From Nitrospirota bacterium (lineage in GTDB: Bacteria; Nitrospirota; UBA9217), in NCBI GenBank assembly GCA_035623825.1, contig DASPSR010000060.1, positions 13,954-77,953 on the forward strand: a stretch of 64,000 nucleotides of DNA, given 5' to 3'. Of this stretch, positions 53,028 through 62,455 are shown in pieces. The notes below the pieces were generated by a model. That model was given only the letters and a program-made list of their open reading frames with translations, searched no databases and had not been told where the DNA came from. The translations under genes and the position numbers were made by a program. The stretch's first letter is position 1; each line of letters starts with the position of its first letter.

Positions 53028-53214
53028 AAGTTCTCAGCATGAAGTGTAGAGCAGAGAAATAGACTTAGGATGCGCTGATATCATTCCTAGGCATATCTAA
53101 CGAAAAAGAATTGAAATCCATCCCTGCTTAGATTAAAATTTCAGAGGTTTGATCTGCAGAAACCATAATTGTGTTTTGACTGGCTGTAAACAATACTCGT
53201 CAGGGGCTAATCTC

Positions 53215-53862
53215 ATGAAAATAATGGCTTTCAATGGAAGTCCAAGAAAGAAATGGAACACAGCAACCCTACTGCAAAAAGCTCTTGAAGGTGGTGCCTC
53301 ACAGGGGGCTAAAACTGAACTGATTCATCTCTATGACCTCAACTATAAAGGGTGCATAAGTTGTTTTGCCTGTAAGACCATCGGTGGAAAAAGCTATGGC
53401 AGGTGTGCTGTTCAGGATGACCTTGCCCCTCTCTTCAGCAGGATTGAACAGGCGGATGCCATTTTGATGGGTTCCCCTATTTATTGGGGTGATATCTCAG
53501 GCGAGATGAAGTCATTCCTGGAGCGTCTGATGTTTCAGTACATGACTTATACCAATCCCCCGGGTTCACTATTTACCGGTAAGATAAAGACGGGATTCAT
53601 CTATACGATGAACGTCACTGAGGATATCATGAAGGAATGGGGGTATGCAGTCAATTTTAACCGCTATGATGCGGCTCTTCGGAGAATTTTTGGGGAGTCT
53701 GAATATATGTGCAGCTATGATACATACCAGTTTGATGACTATTCCAAGGTTCTTGCAACCCGTTTTGACCCCGTGAAGAAGAAGCAGAGGCATGAAGAAG
53801 TATTCCCACTGGATTGCAAAAAGGCATTCGATATGGGTGTAAGGTTGGTTGCAGGGAAGTGA
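53215..53862 (+). CDS. Flavodoxin family / iron-sulfur flavoprotein
   Basis: NGSPRKKWNT, CISCFACK..C, GSPIYWG. Confidence 0.9.
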   Translation: MKIMAFNGSPRKKWNTATLLQKALEGGASQGAKTELIHLYDLNYKGCISCFACKTIGGKSYGRCAVQDDLAPLFSRIEQADAILMGSPIYWGDISGEMKSFLERLMFQYMTYTNPPGSLFTGKIKTGFIYTMNVTEDIMKEWGYAVNFNRYDAALRRIFGESEYMCSYDTYQFDDYSKVLATRFDPVKKKQRHEEVFPLDCKKAFDMGVRLVAGK

Positions 53863-54074
53863 TAAGGTCTCTCCCTAAGATTATGAACCCTACAGTAAAA
53901 TATGTTGCGGAGAATTGGCTCTCTCAGTATTAACGACAACAACATCCCGAAATAGAATTCGGAAATAACTTAAAGCTGCGAATTGCACCTCCTAACTGGG
54001 TTGAACTTCACGCTACCCGCGTCACTTCACCGCTGGCTAATACGTTCATTGGAGTTAGCGAAATCGAACAGGAC

Positions 54075-54452
54075 TTACTTCTTTTCCAGCTGGATGGCTA
54101 TTCCTTTGACTTCAGTACACGTGTAAGAGAAGAAATTGTAAATTGGTATGAACCCGTATAGGCTATTGGTCACTGTAACATTAACCAAAGCGTCGCCCCC
54201 TGACTTTGCGAGAGCATTATCCACTGCCTTTGAAAATGTTGCATCGCCCCATGGAACTATTGCCAAAAGAAAGTAGCGGCAAGCCTCGCCTTCTGTTGGC
54301 CCCAGTTCTTTGTATGACTGTCCGTTTTTCAACACCGCCGCAGGATCAGCCGAGGTCCGTGTAACAACCCCGAGAGTACCAACCGATGTACAGCTGGATA
54401 AAGTTACTGCCATCAACAACGTCACCATCAATACCAGGTTACTTCTCTTCAT
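54075..54452 (-). CDS. TRL-like small lipoprotein
   Basis: Lipobox LSSC; EGEAC, GGDALVNV, CTEVKG. Confidence 0.7.
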   Translation of the reverse strand: MKRSNLVLMVTLLMAVTLSSCTSVGTLGVVTRTSADPAAVLKNGQSYKELGPTEGEACRYFLLAIVPWGDATFSKAVDNALAKSGGDALVNVTVTNSLYGFIPIYNFFSYTCTEVKGIAIQLEKK

Positions 54453-54699
54453 ACGCCTTCCCTCCCATCTATTGTATTTTGCTGTAACCCTCTGACGGCG
54501 GCGCTAAGAACTATATAATCAAAATATAACAGGGGTTAGGAATAATTTTCATCAATAAATAGGGTATTTTCAGGGTATCACATTAAATTACAGTATATAA
54601 CAGGCATAGAAAATCAATACCCTGAGATGAAACATAAAGTTTACATTTTTCTGATCCCCTTTCATCTGCCTGCATTCTCTATTCTGTTGCCTGAACATG

Positions 54700-57600
54700 T
54701 TAACCAGTTTTTCGTTTTCTAAAGCGTTCACTTAGACTCTCCATAAGAACGTAAAATACTGGTACAAACGGGATAGCCAGAAGCGTTGAAGAGAGCATTC
54801 CTCCGAATACGACTGTTCCGATTGCCCTCTGGCTTGCAGAGCCGGCTCCAAAAGCTACTATGAGCGGCACTACTCCGATTATGAATGCAAACGAGGTCAT
54901 GACAATGGGACGAAAACGACGTCGGGTTGCCTCTATGGCTGATTCGGCAATCGACCTCCCTTCTTTATGTAAATCCCGTGCAAACTCCACTATTAAGATG
55001 GCGTTTTTGCTTGAAAGGGCTATCATCAACACAAGGCCAACCTGCGTATAGAGGTTGTTGTCATATCCCCGCAAGATAAGTGCCAGTAGGACTCCGGTGA
55101 GCGCCATTGGAACAACCAGTATGACTGCAGCGGGTGACGTCCAGCTTTCATACAAGGCCGCCAGCACCAAGTATACCATGATGATGGAAAGGGCATAAAC
55201 GAAGTAGGCCTGGTTACCGACCTTTTTTTCCTGGAAACTGGAGGACGTCCAGTCGTAGGCCATGCCCGCAGGCAATCTTTGTGCGGCGATTTGCTCCATC
55301 TGTCTGAGGGCCTGACCTGAGCTGAACCCGGGGGCCGCGGAGCCGAAAATTGCCGCCGCGGGATAGAGATTGTAGCGTGTTATCAATTCGGACCCAAACA
55401 CCGTCTTCACATCGAGCAAGGCGCCCAAGGGGACCATGTCGCCACCGACATTGCGGACATGCAGGTTCTTAATGTCCTCGGGCCGGAGGCGGTAGCGGTC
55501 ATCGGCCTGGACGTATACTTGATATACCTGGTTGTATTTATTGAACAGGTTTACAAACGAGGAGCCCAGATATGATTGGAGAGTTCCGAATACATCCGCG
55601 GTGGACACCTGAAAAGCTTCTGTTTTCGTTCTGTCTATATTCAGGTAGAGCTGCGGGCTTCCGACGCTGAATGTAGTTTGAAGACCCCGCAAGCCCGCTT
55701 GAGAATTCCCCGCCTGGACGAGTTCGTATGTAGCGCCCTTGAGCTGATTCAGACCCAGGCTGCCCCGGTCTTCCACCATCATCTGGAAACCGCCTGTCTG
55801 CCCCAGTCCCCGGATCGGTGGAGGAATAACCGCAAACGCCAGCGCCTCCTCGAGACCCGAGAGCTCACGGTTCATGTGTGAGATGATAACGTCCTGGTTC
55901 AAAGCGGTGCCGCGCACGCTCCAATCCTTGAAAGCGAAGAACGTCGACGAAATATTGGAGACGTTGGCGAAGTCCAGGACCGAGAAGCCGCCTATGGTTA
56001 CCCAGGAGGCTACTCCAGGGGTCTTTTTTAAAATGTCGTTGACCTTGTAAGCTACCCGCTGCAACCTTGGCTGCGATGAACCGGGAGGCAGAATGGTCAC
56101 CAAAATGGCATAACCCTGGTCCTCGGTGGGGAGAAATCCTGTCGGCCTGCTCAAAAAAACCAAAAACGATGTGGTGACGATAACCGCAAAAACGATTGCA
56201 AACAGGCCAGAACGTCTCACCATCCGGGCGACGACACCTATATAGAAATCGGTCATCGCCTGAAAGGCCCTGTTGAACCCGCGGTAAAACCAGTTTGGCT
56301 CTTTTTTTTGCGGCCTTAACCATAATGCGCACTGCGCCGGCTTTAATGTGAGCGCGTTTATCGCGCTGATGACAGTAGTGGCGGCTATCACAAGCGCGAA
56401 CTGGCGAAAGATCTGTCCGGTGAGACCCGGGAGAAATGAAGCAGGCAGGAAGACCGAAACAAGGGCCAGGGTAATTCCCATAACAGGCCCCGTCAGTTCC
56501 TGCATTGCTTTTATGGCAGCATCTTTCGGTGTAAGCCCTCGTTCTATGTAATAAGAGCTGTTTTCCACGATAATAATCGCGTCATCCACCACAATGCCTA
56601 TGACCAGGACCAGCGCGAACAGGGTCATAAGGTTTATCGTGAAACCGAGCGCATCTATTGCGATAAATGCGCCGAAGATGGTGACCGGGACGGTAGTGGC
56701 CGGAACCAGCATGCCCCTGAAGCTTTGAAGAAAGAGAATGATCACTATGAGCACAAGAATGCCGGCTATAATCAAGGTTTCATAGACCTTGGATATGGCC
56801 TCCCTGACAAAAAGGGTGGTGTCGTACGGGATGGAATATTTCAGGCCCTCGGGAAAAGTCTTGCTCATGTCCGCCATCGCCTTATAAACGCTGTTGGCTA
56901 CTTCAATGGCATTCGCATCCGGCAGGGAGAACACTAGGAGCAATGCAGAAGTATGGCCACTAGCCAGGGCAAAATTGGCGAAGTTCTGCCGGCTCAGCTC
57001 CACCTTCGCTACATCGCGCAGGCGCACGATCTGCGGAGACGGACCGGTAGCCGTCTTTATAACGATATTCTCAAACTGTTTTTCACTGGACAGCCTGCCA
57101 AGGGTGGTTATCGTGAGCTGGGAAGGCTGATTCTCCGGCACCGGCGGAACGCCCAATTGACCGGCGGCAACCTCGACGTTCTGCCCCTGTATGGCGGCTA
57201 CGACATCGGATGCCTTGAGGCCGAAGTTCTGAAGCCTGCTCGGGTCAAGCCATACCCTAATGCTGTAAGGGCCGGCTCCGAAGACCCTCACCTGGCCCAT
57301 ACCCGGCAGGCGCGCAAGAGGATTTTGCAGATTTATTATGCCGTAGTTGGACAGGAATGTCGCATCATAACGGTCATCGTCGGAGTAAAGGCTTAACACC
57401 AGGAGGATATTGGGAGAGACTTTCTTTACGGTAACGCCCTGCTGCTGAGCGCCTCCGGGTAGCTGGGACAGAGAGGTGTTTACAAGGTTTTGCACTAGCG
57501 CTATCGATTTGTCCAGGTCTGTCCCGATATCGAAGGTAATCGTAAGAGTATAGGACCCGTCGCTACCGCTGCTGGACGACATGTAGATGGCCCTTTCCAC

Positions 57601-57816
57601 GCCGTTTACGGCTTGTTCAATCGGCGTCGCGATAGTGTCCGCCACAACTTGGGCGCTTGCTCCCGGGTAGCGGGATGAAATCTGTATTGTCGGCGGGACG
57701 ATCTGAGGATATTGGGCCACTGGAAGTTGCAAGAGGAATAAAACACCAATGATTACGGTGACTATCGCGATGACATTCGCAAAGATCGGCCTCTCGATAA
57801 AATATTTTGAGATCAT
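54700..57816 (-). CDS. RND efflux permease (HAE1 family)
   Basis: FIERPIFANV, IGIVVDDAI, KNAILIVEFA, RFRPIVMTS. Confidence 0.96.
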   Translation of the reverse strand: MISKYFIERPIFANVIAIVTVIIGVLFLLQLPVAQYPQIVPPTIQISSRYPGASAQVVADTIATPIEQAVNGVERAIYMSSSSGSDGSYTLTITFDIGTDLDKSIALVQNLVNTSLSQLPGGAQQQGVTVKKVSPNILLVLSLYSDDDRYDATFLSNYGIINLQNPLARLPGMGQVRVFGAGPYSIRVWLDPSRLQNFGLKASDVVAAIQGQNVEVAAGQLGVPPVPENQPSQLTITTLGRLSSEKQFENIVIKTATGPSPQIVRLRDVAKVELSRQNFANFALASGHTSALLLVFSLPDANAIEVANSVYKAMADMSKTFPEGLKYSIPYDTTLFVREAISKVYETLIIAGILVLIVIILFLQSFRGMLVPATTVPVTIFGAFIAIDALGFTINLMTLFALVLVIGIVVDDAIIIVENSSYYIERGLTPKDAAIKAMQELTGPVMGITLALVSVFLPASFLPGLTGQIFRQFALVIAATTVISAINALTLKPAQCALWLRPQKKEPNWFYRGFNRAFQAMTDFYIGVVARMVRRSGLFAIVFAVIVTTSFLVFLSRPTGFLPTEDQGYAILVTILPPGSSQPRLQRVAYKVNDILKKTPGVASWVTIGGFSVLDFANVSNISSTFFAFKDWSVRGTALNQDVIISHMNRELSGLEEALAFAVIPPPIRGLGQTGGFQMMVEDRGSLGLNQLKGATYELVQAGNSQAGLRGLQTTFSVGSPQLYLNIDRTKTEAFQVSTADVFGTLQSYLGSSFVNLFNKYNQVYQVYVQADDRYRLRPEDIKNLHVRNVGGDMVPLGALLDVKTVFGSELITRYNLYPAAAIFGSAAPGFSSGQALRQMEQIAAQRLPAGMAYDWTSSSFQEKKVGNQAYFVYALSIIMVYLVLAALYESWTSPAAVILVVPMALTGVLLALILRGYDNNLYTQVGLVLMIALSSKNAILIVEFARDLHKEGRSIAESAIEATRRRFRPIVMTSFAFIIGVVPLIVAFGAGSASQRAIGTVVFGGMLSSTLLAIPFVPVFYVLMESLSERFRKRKTG

Positions 57817-59006
57817 GGGCTGCCCCTCACTTCTCCGCCGGATTGAGGCGGCGCTGCGATTGACAGGAAACTCTTCCGCTCGGGGGTAACCTGCCGTCCG
57901 GGGGCCGCTTTCAGCAAGCCTTCAACAACGATCCATTCATCTCCGGTAAGGCCCTCGGCAATGGCGCGCACGTTTTCGCTCACTACCGGGCCGGGCTTTA
58001 TATTGCGACGCTCTACGATATTCTTCTCATTGACGACCAGCAAATACGTACCCTGCTGGTCATCACTCACTGCCATGGCGGGGAGGACGAAGAGGTCCTT
58101 CTTATCGATCGGCACGCGCACCCGTGCATACAAGCCCGGTATGATTTTCCCCTCTGCGTTTGGGAAGATCCCCCGCATCAGCAGGGTACCGGTAGTAGAT
58201 GTCAGGCTGATCGATGCAAAGTCCAGACGACCGGTGTGAGGATATCCGTCTTCATCGGTTACGCCTGCTAAGACCGGCCATTGGCCGGCATTGCTCTTCC
58301 CTGGCATCCAGCGCGTAATTTTCGTGAGACGGGCGAGATCAGCATCGCTGATATTGAAATATACGTAAATAGGGTCCATCTGGCTTAATTGGGCAAGGTT
58401 GCTGTTCGACGATGAAGATCCTACCAGGTTCCCGGGGTCCTGAAGTCTTCGATCGATTCTGCCGTAGAAAGGAGCAGTTACTCGTGTGTAGTCCAGATTC
58501 AGCTTGGCAAGGTCCCGGGCCGCTATGGCATTCTTCAGATTGGCCTCCGCAGTATCCCGCTGATATCGCCAGTTGTCCACGTCGGATTGATCGGCAGCGT
58601 TCTCAGACAAGAGATTCGAGTAGCGGTCGAACTGCCCTCCGGTGTAGGCGAGCTGCGCCTTGTAGAGAGCAATTTGCGCTTCCGCCTGATCAAGTGCGTC
58701 TTGATAAGTGTTTTGTTGTATGAGAAAGAGCAGTTGGCCCTTTTTTACCATCTGCCCGTCCTGGAAGAACACTTTATCCAGATAGCCGGACACCCTGGCC
58801 GTCAGTTGCACTGTATTTATGGCCTGAGTATTGCCAGTTGCCTCCAGATAATCGGTCACCGTCTGTTTTATTGGCTGGGTTACGGTGACCTTCGGCGGAG
58901 GCGGAGGCGCACTTGCATCCTTTTTCCCGCATGCAGGCAAAAGAATAAAAAAGATCAGAATCGTTGCACAGGATGCAATCATTTTAATTGATTGTCTCAT
59001 AGGCAC
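57813..59006 (-). CDS. RND periplasmic adaptor (membrane fusion protein)
   Basis: LPAC lipobox, ARVSGYL, LDYTRVTAP, TTGTL. Confidence 0.94.
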   Translation of the reverse strand: MPMRQSIKMIASCATILIFFILLPACGKKDASAPPPPPKVTVTQPIKQTVTDYLEATGNTQAINTVQLTARVSGYLDKVFFQDGQMVKKGQLLFLIQQNTYQDALDQAEAQIALYKAQLAYTGGQFDRYSNLLSENAADQSDVDNWRYQRDTAEANLKNAIAARDLAKLNLDYTRVTAPFYGRIDRRLQDPGNLVGSSSSNSNLAQLSQMDPIYVYFNISDADLARLTKITRWMPGKSNAGQWPVLAGVTDEDGYPHTGRLDFASISLTSTTGTLLMRGIFPNAEGKIIPGLYARVRVPIDKKDLFVLPAMAVSDDQQGTYLLVVNEKNIVERRNIKPGPVVSENVRAIAEGLTGDEWIVVEGLLKAAPGRQVTPERKSFLSIAAPPQSGGEVRGSP

Positions 59007-59008
59007 TC

Positions 59009-60592
59009 CTACCAGTCCGGAAGCCGAACGGCCGGTGAAGGTTTCGCATCAACCGGCGGATTATATGACGCCGGCGCCAGCAAGCCGCCCCAGTTGGTTC
59101 GTCCTTTCATTTCCTTCGTTATGGCCTGTGATACCAGGTCCTTGCCGTCGCGTATCTCCCAGCCGCCGCCAATCGCCCTGTAAACTCCTACGAGCCCTAA
59201 AGATATGTTGCCCAAGGTAGAAGCCAGATTGTCCTGTGCGGTCAAAAGGGACTGCTGAGCCGTCAATACAGTGGTGAAATCCTTAATGCCCGCACGATAC
59301 TGCTTGACTGCCAGATCCAGTGCATTTTTGGCGGCCTGAGTGCTTTTAGCCAGGTAATCGGCGCGTTCCTGAGACTTGAGAAAGGCCGACAGATTATCCT
59401 CAACATCCTGTTGCGCGGTCAGGACGGTATTCTGGTAAGTGAGGAGCAACTCCTGGAATCTTGCATCCTGCAGGCGGACATTGTTGGTGATCTGGCCGTA
59501 ATTGAAAATATTCCATGAGAAAGAGGGGCCGATCTGGTAAAAACGGTTCTCCCACCGAAAGATCTTGCCAAGGCTCGAATTCCCGGCATTGTTTGAGAGA
59601 AAGCCGAACACCCCGTTTAGGGAGAACGCGGGATAAAGGTCGGCTTTGGCCGCGCCGATCTGGGCCGATTGGGCAACAGCTTGGTATTCCGCACTGCGGA
59701 CATCGGGACGACGGCGAAGCAGATCTGTGGGAATACCCACGACTACCTCGCGAGGTGATGTGGGGATGTCCGAATCGCCTTTAAGAATGTCTGCTAGGTC
59801 GTTCGGCGCTATGCCAAGCAACACGCAAAGCGCATCTTTTTGCTGCCTCAACTGGATCTCAAGGGAAGGAATGGAAGCCTGGGTATCATTGAGTTGTGAC
59901 GTGGCCTGTTCCACATCCAGCAGGGTGACGGTACCGAATTTCAATCGAACTTCGGCGATCCTTAGGCTCTCTTGCTGGGTTTCGACATTCTGATGGGCAA
60001 TGAATATACGTTTTTCGAGAGTCCTGATATTGATATATGAACTGGCTACACTGGCTGTAAGACTCACGAGGGCGTTGTCGTAATCAGCGGTCGTCGCAAG
60101 CCATGCGGCGCCGGCGGATTGAATCCCCCGCCTGAACTTTCCCCAGAAGTCCAATTCCCAATTGGCGGCCAGCTGAACCTGATCCTGGGTAAATAAAGCA
60201 GAAGGGATAGCTGAAGGAGAAGAGGCGCTGGTTCGAATTCGCTGTAAAGAACCGCCAACCTGCTGGGTCTGGGGGAAAAAATCTCCAATGGCAATACCTA
60301 GCTGCGCCCTTGCCTCCAGCACACGGACGCCTGCAATCTGAAGTGAAAGGTTTTGGGTGTATGCCAGGTCGATGAGCCTGTCCAAAATCGGGTCGTTAAA
60401 GTTCTTCCACCAGTAGCGGTAGTCCGCTGCCTCGCTCTTGACACGATTATCTCCGGCATCCATCCAGCTCTGCGAAACCAAAACTTCCGGTCGGTGATAG
60501 TCGGGGCCGACCATACAGCCGGATATTATTAAACCCAGCGCCGAGGAAATGACATAAAGTAATGGTTTGAGATGAACCGGACTCTCTGTCAT
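59009..60592 (-). CDS. RND outer-membrane factor lipoprotein (NodT/OprM-like)
   Basis: GCMVGPDY, WELDFWG, LLRRRPDV, YRAIGGGW. Confidence 0.94.
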   Translation of the reverse strand: MTESPVHLKPLLYVISSALGLIISGCMVGPDYHRPEVLVSQSWMDAGDNRVKSEAADYRYWWKNFNDPILDRLIDLAYTQNLSLQIAGVRVLEARAQLGIAIGDFFPQTQQVGGSLQRIRTSASSPSAIPSALFTQDQVQLAANWELDFWGKFRRGIQSAGAAWLATTADYDNALVSLTASVASSYINIRTLEKRIFIAHQNVETQQESLRIAEVRLKFGTVTLLDVEQATSQLNDTQASIPSLEIQLRQQKDALCVLLGIAPNDLADILKGDSDIPTSPREVVVGIPTDLLRRRPDVRSAEYQAVAQSAQIGAAKADLYPAFSLNGVFGFLSNNAGNSSLGKIFRWENRFYQIGPSFSWNIFNYGQITNNVRLQDARFQELLLTYQNTVLTAQQDVEDNLSAFLKSQERADYLAKSTQAAKNALDLAVKQYRAGIKDFTTVLTAQQSLLTAQDNLASTLGNISLGLVGVYRAIGGGWEIRDGKDLVSQAITKEMKGRTNWGGLLAPASYNPPVDAKPSPAVRLPDW

Positions 60593-60796
60593 TACGTTAG
60601 CTCCAGATGGTTGCTGGCTGCCTTCGCTATTTCAAGTATCAGATGCAATTCGTTGCGTGTTTGCGAGATCTTTATCCCGCCGTAAATGCCTATCTAAATT
60701 ATACTTTATAAAATCTCCGCCTGGCAAGAGTGTCAATCCGATTAAAGTACTATTGTCATGGTGATCGCGTTGATCACTTTTTGTAATACTTAAAGC

Positions 60797-62113
60797 TCAT
60801 ACGAACTTCACGCATGTGCGATATCGCAGAGCCCGCAAATATGCCACATTCAAAGGTAAGGTCCACCACAATCCCACGGGAGAGCGGGCTAAACGCCGAG
60901 ATAGGCTCCGCAAAGAGTAGAACCGTAGATTGGCATACCGATAGCCTTCTAGCAAGGTCTTCGGGCTCATATGCCGAGGTCGAAAAACGACATCTTCCCG
61001 ACCATTGTACTTACTCCAATCGCGTGTTAAAATCCGACCTTCTGCATCCAAACGCTGATAAAGTCGCGTCCCAGGATACGGTGTCAATATATTAAAAGTC
61101 GCATTTTGCACCCCGACCTCTTCAAGAAAGTCCAGCGTTGCGCCAAAGATTGTATCATTGTCATTATCAAAACCAAAGACTATTCCCGCCTGTACTGCAA
61201 TGCCGTAAGAATGGATACGCTCAATTATTCTCGCATATTCTTCCACGCGGTTGAAGCTCTTGTGAATACCGTCCATGCTGGCCTGAGAAATCGATTCCAG
61301 GCCGATGAACAGCTGTTTGCAGCCGCTCCGCGCGGCCCACTCCAGGAATTCTTCATCGCCGCCCGCCTGAATGCTGGCCTGGCTGCTCCACCATTTCTTG
61401 TAGGGCGCAATTGCCCGAAATAAAGCTATGGCATATTCCCGGTCATTTGCCAGATTATCATCCCAAAAAATGATCACCTTCCCCGGAAAAGATGCATATT
61501 CCGTTGCCGCCGCAGTCACAGAGCGCTTCCGAACCTTGCGCCAGTACATCATGGGCAGCACGCAGAAATCGCATCCATGGACACAGCCTCGCGTGGCAAA
61601 CAGCCGCCCGGCCGTATAATCGCGCCGATGAAATAATTCTTTCCTGGCCATTGGTGCATTCTCCAAAGAAGGCGGAACGCTTGAGCCATAACGGGTGTTA
61701 TAATGCCCCTGTTCGAAGTCTCGCAAGAATCGAGGCCATTGTGTTTCCGCCTCCCCAACGAAAATTACATCCGCGTGCGCCTGCGCCTCATCCGGTAATA
61801 AAGTTACATGCGGCCCTCCAAGCACGACGGGAATGCCCCGCCTCCGAAATTCGGCGCTAAGCGCATAGACATGCAGAGCGCTCGGAGTGTGAAAAGTAAT
61901 CCCGACTAGATCCACTCGCAATTTGACATCAACCGGCTTAACCGCTTCATCAATATGGATAACCTCCCAATGCGGCGGCACAAAGGCAGCGAGATAGGGC
62001 ATAGTGATCTGCTGAAAATTCAGCACACGAGACCGCCGTATCCTCCGGATTTCGGGAGAGGAAGAAGTAATTAGGAGAAGCCTTGGTCGAACCAATAAAT
62101 CATGATTAGCCAT
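60797..62113 (-). CDS. B12-binding domain radical SAM protein
   Basis: VVLGGPH, RGCVHGCDFC, DDN, IGLES, TPYPGT. Confidence 0.92.
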   Translation of the reverse strand: MANHDLLVRPRLLLITSSSPEIRRIRRSRVLNFQQITMPYLAAFVPPHWEVIHIDEAVKPVDVKLRVDLVGITFHTPSALHVYALSAEFRRRGIPVVLGGPHVTLLPDEAQAHADVIFVGEAETQWPRFLRDFEQGHYNTRYGSSVPPSLENAPMARKELFHRRDYTAGRLFATRGCVHGCDFCVLPMMYWRKVRKRSVTAAATEYASFPGKVIIFWDDNLANDREYAIALFRAIAPYKKWWSSQASIQAGGDEEFLEWAARSGCKQLFIGLESISQASMDGIHKSFNRVEEYARIIERIHSYGIAVQAGIVFGFDNDNDTIFGATLDFLEEVGVQNATFNILTPYPGTRLYQRLDAEGRILTRDWSKYNGREDVVFRPRHMSPKTLLEGYRYANLRFYSLRSLSRRLARSPVGLWWTLPLNVAYLRALRYRTCVKFV

Positions 62114-62301
62114 TTTTGCTTGAGCTTTTCGGGCAACCTAATAGTATTTTTGACAATCGTGAAAACTATATTCCTGGTCAACGATGTTGTCAATCGACGG
62201 AGAGATTATTTTTGCGGGGTATCAGCTACTTAATTCCGGATGAAATGTGGATATTGTGGAAGGTCGCAAAAATCAATGTTTCAGGATGTAGGTGCGTTTT
62301 T

Positions 62302-62413
62302 ATTGTGGTTTATAATTATCAAGATTATAACCAGAAATTAAATCTCAAGAGCCGCATATTGGCGTGTTTAGAGCGCACATATTCTTCAATGACCTTCGGG
62401 TTATTGACCCGAA
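62302..62413 (-). repeat. ~90-bp repeat copy B fused to tRNA-Met anticodon-arm remnant 4
   Basis: Minus strand TTCGGG-TCAATAA-CCCGAAGGTCA, followed by the arm shared with 20371-20463. Confidence 0.75.
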
Positions 62414-62455
62414 AGTAAAAACAACTCATCGAGCATTAGCGAGAACGACATCCTT

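Noticed and set aside
53991-54060. attC-like CTAAC...GTTAG downstream of the TRL-like gene
   Set aside because: R boxes deviate from consensus, internal pairing is poor and no intI is present.
54481-54491. GCTGTAACCCT identical to the hairpin arm at 52973
   Set aside because: Only 11 bp, with no adjacent tRNA-like sequence.
19675-62413. Functional tRNA genes
   Set aside because: All copies lack the 5' acceptor strand and D-arm, and the loops are mutated.
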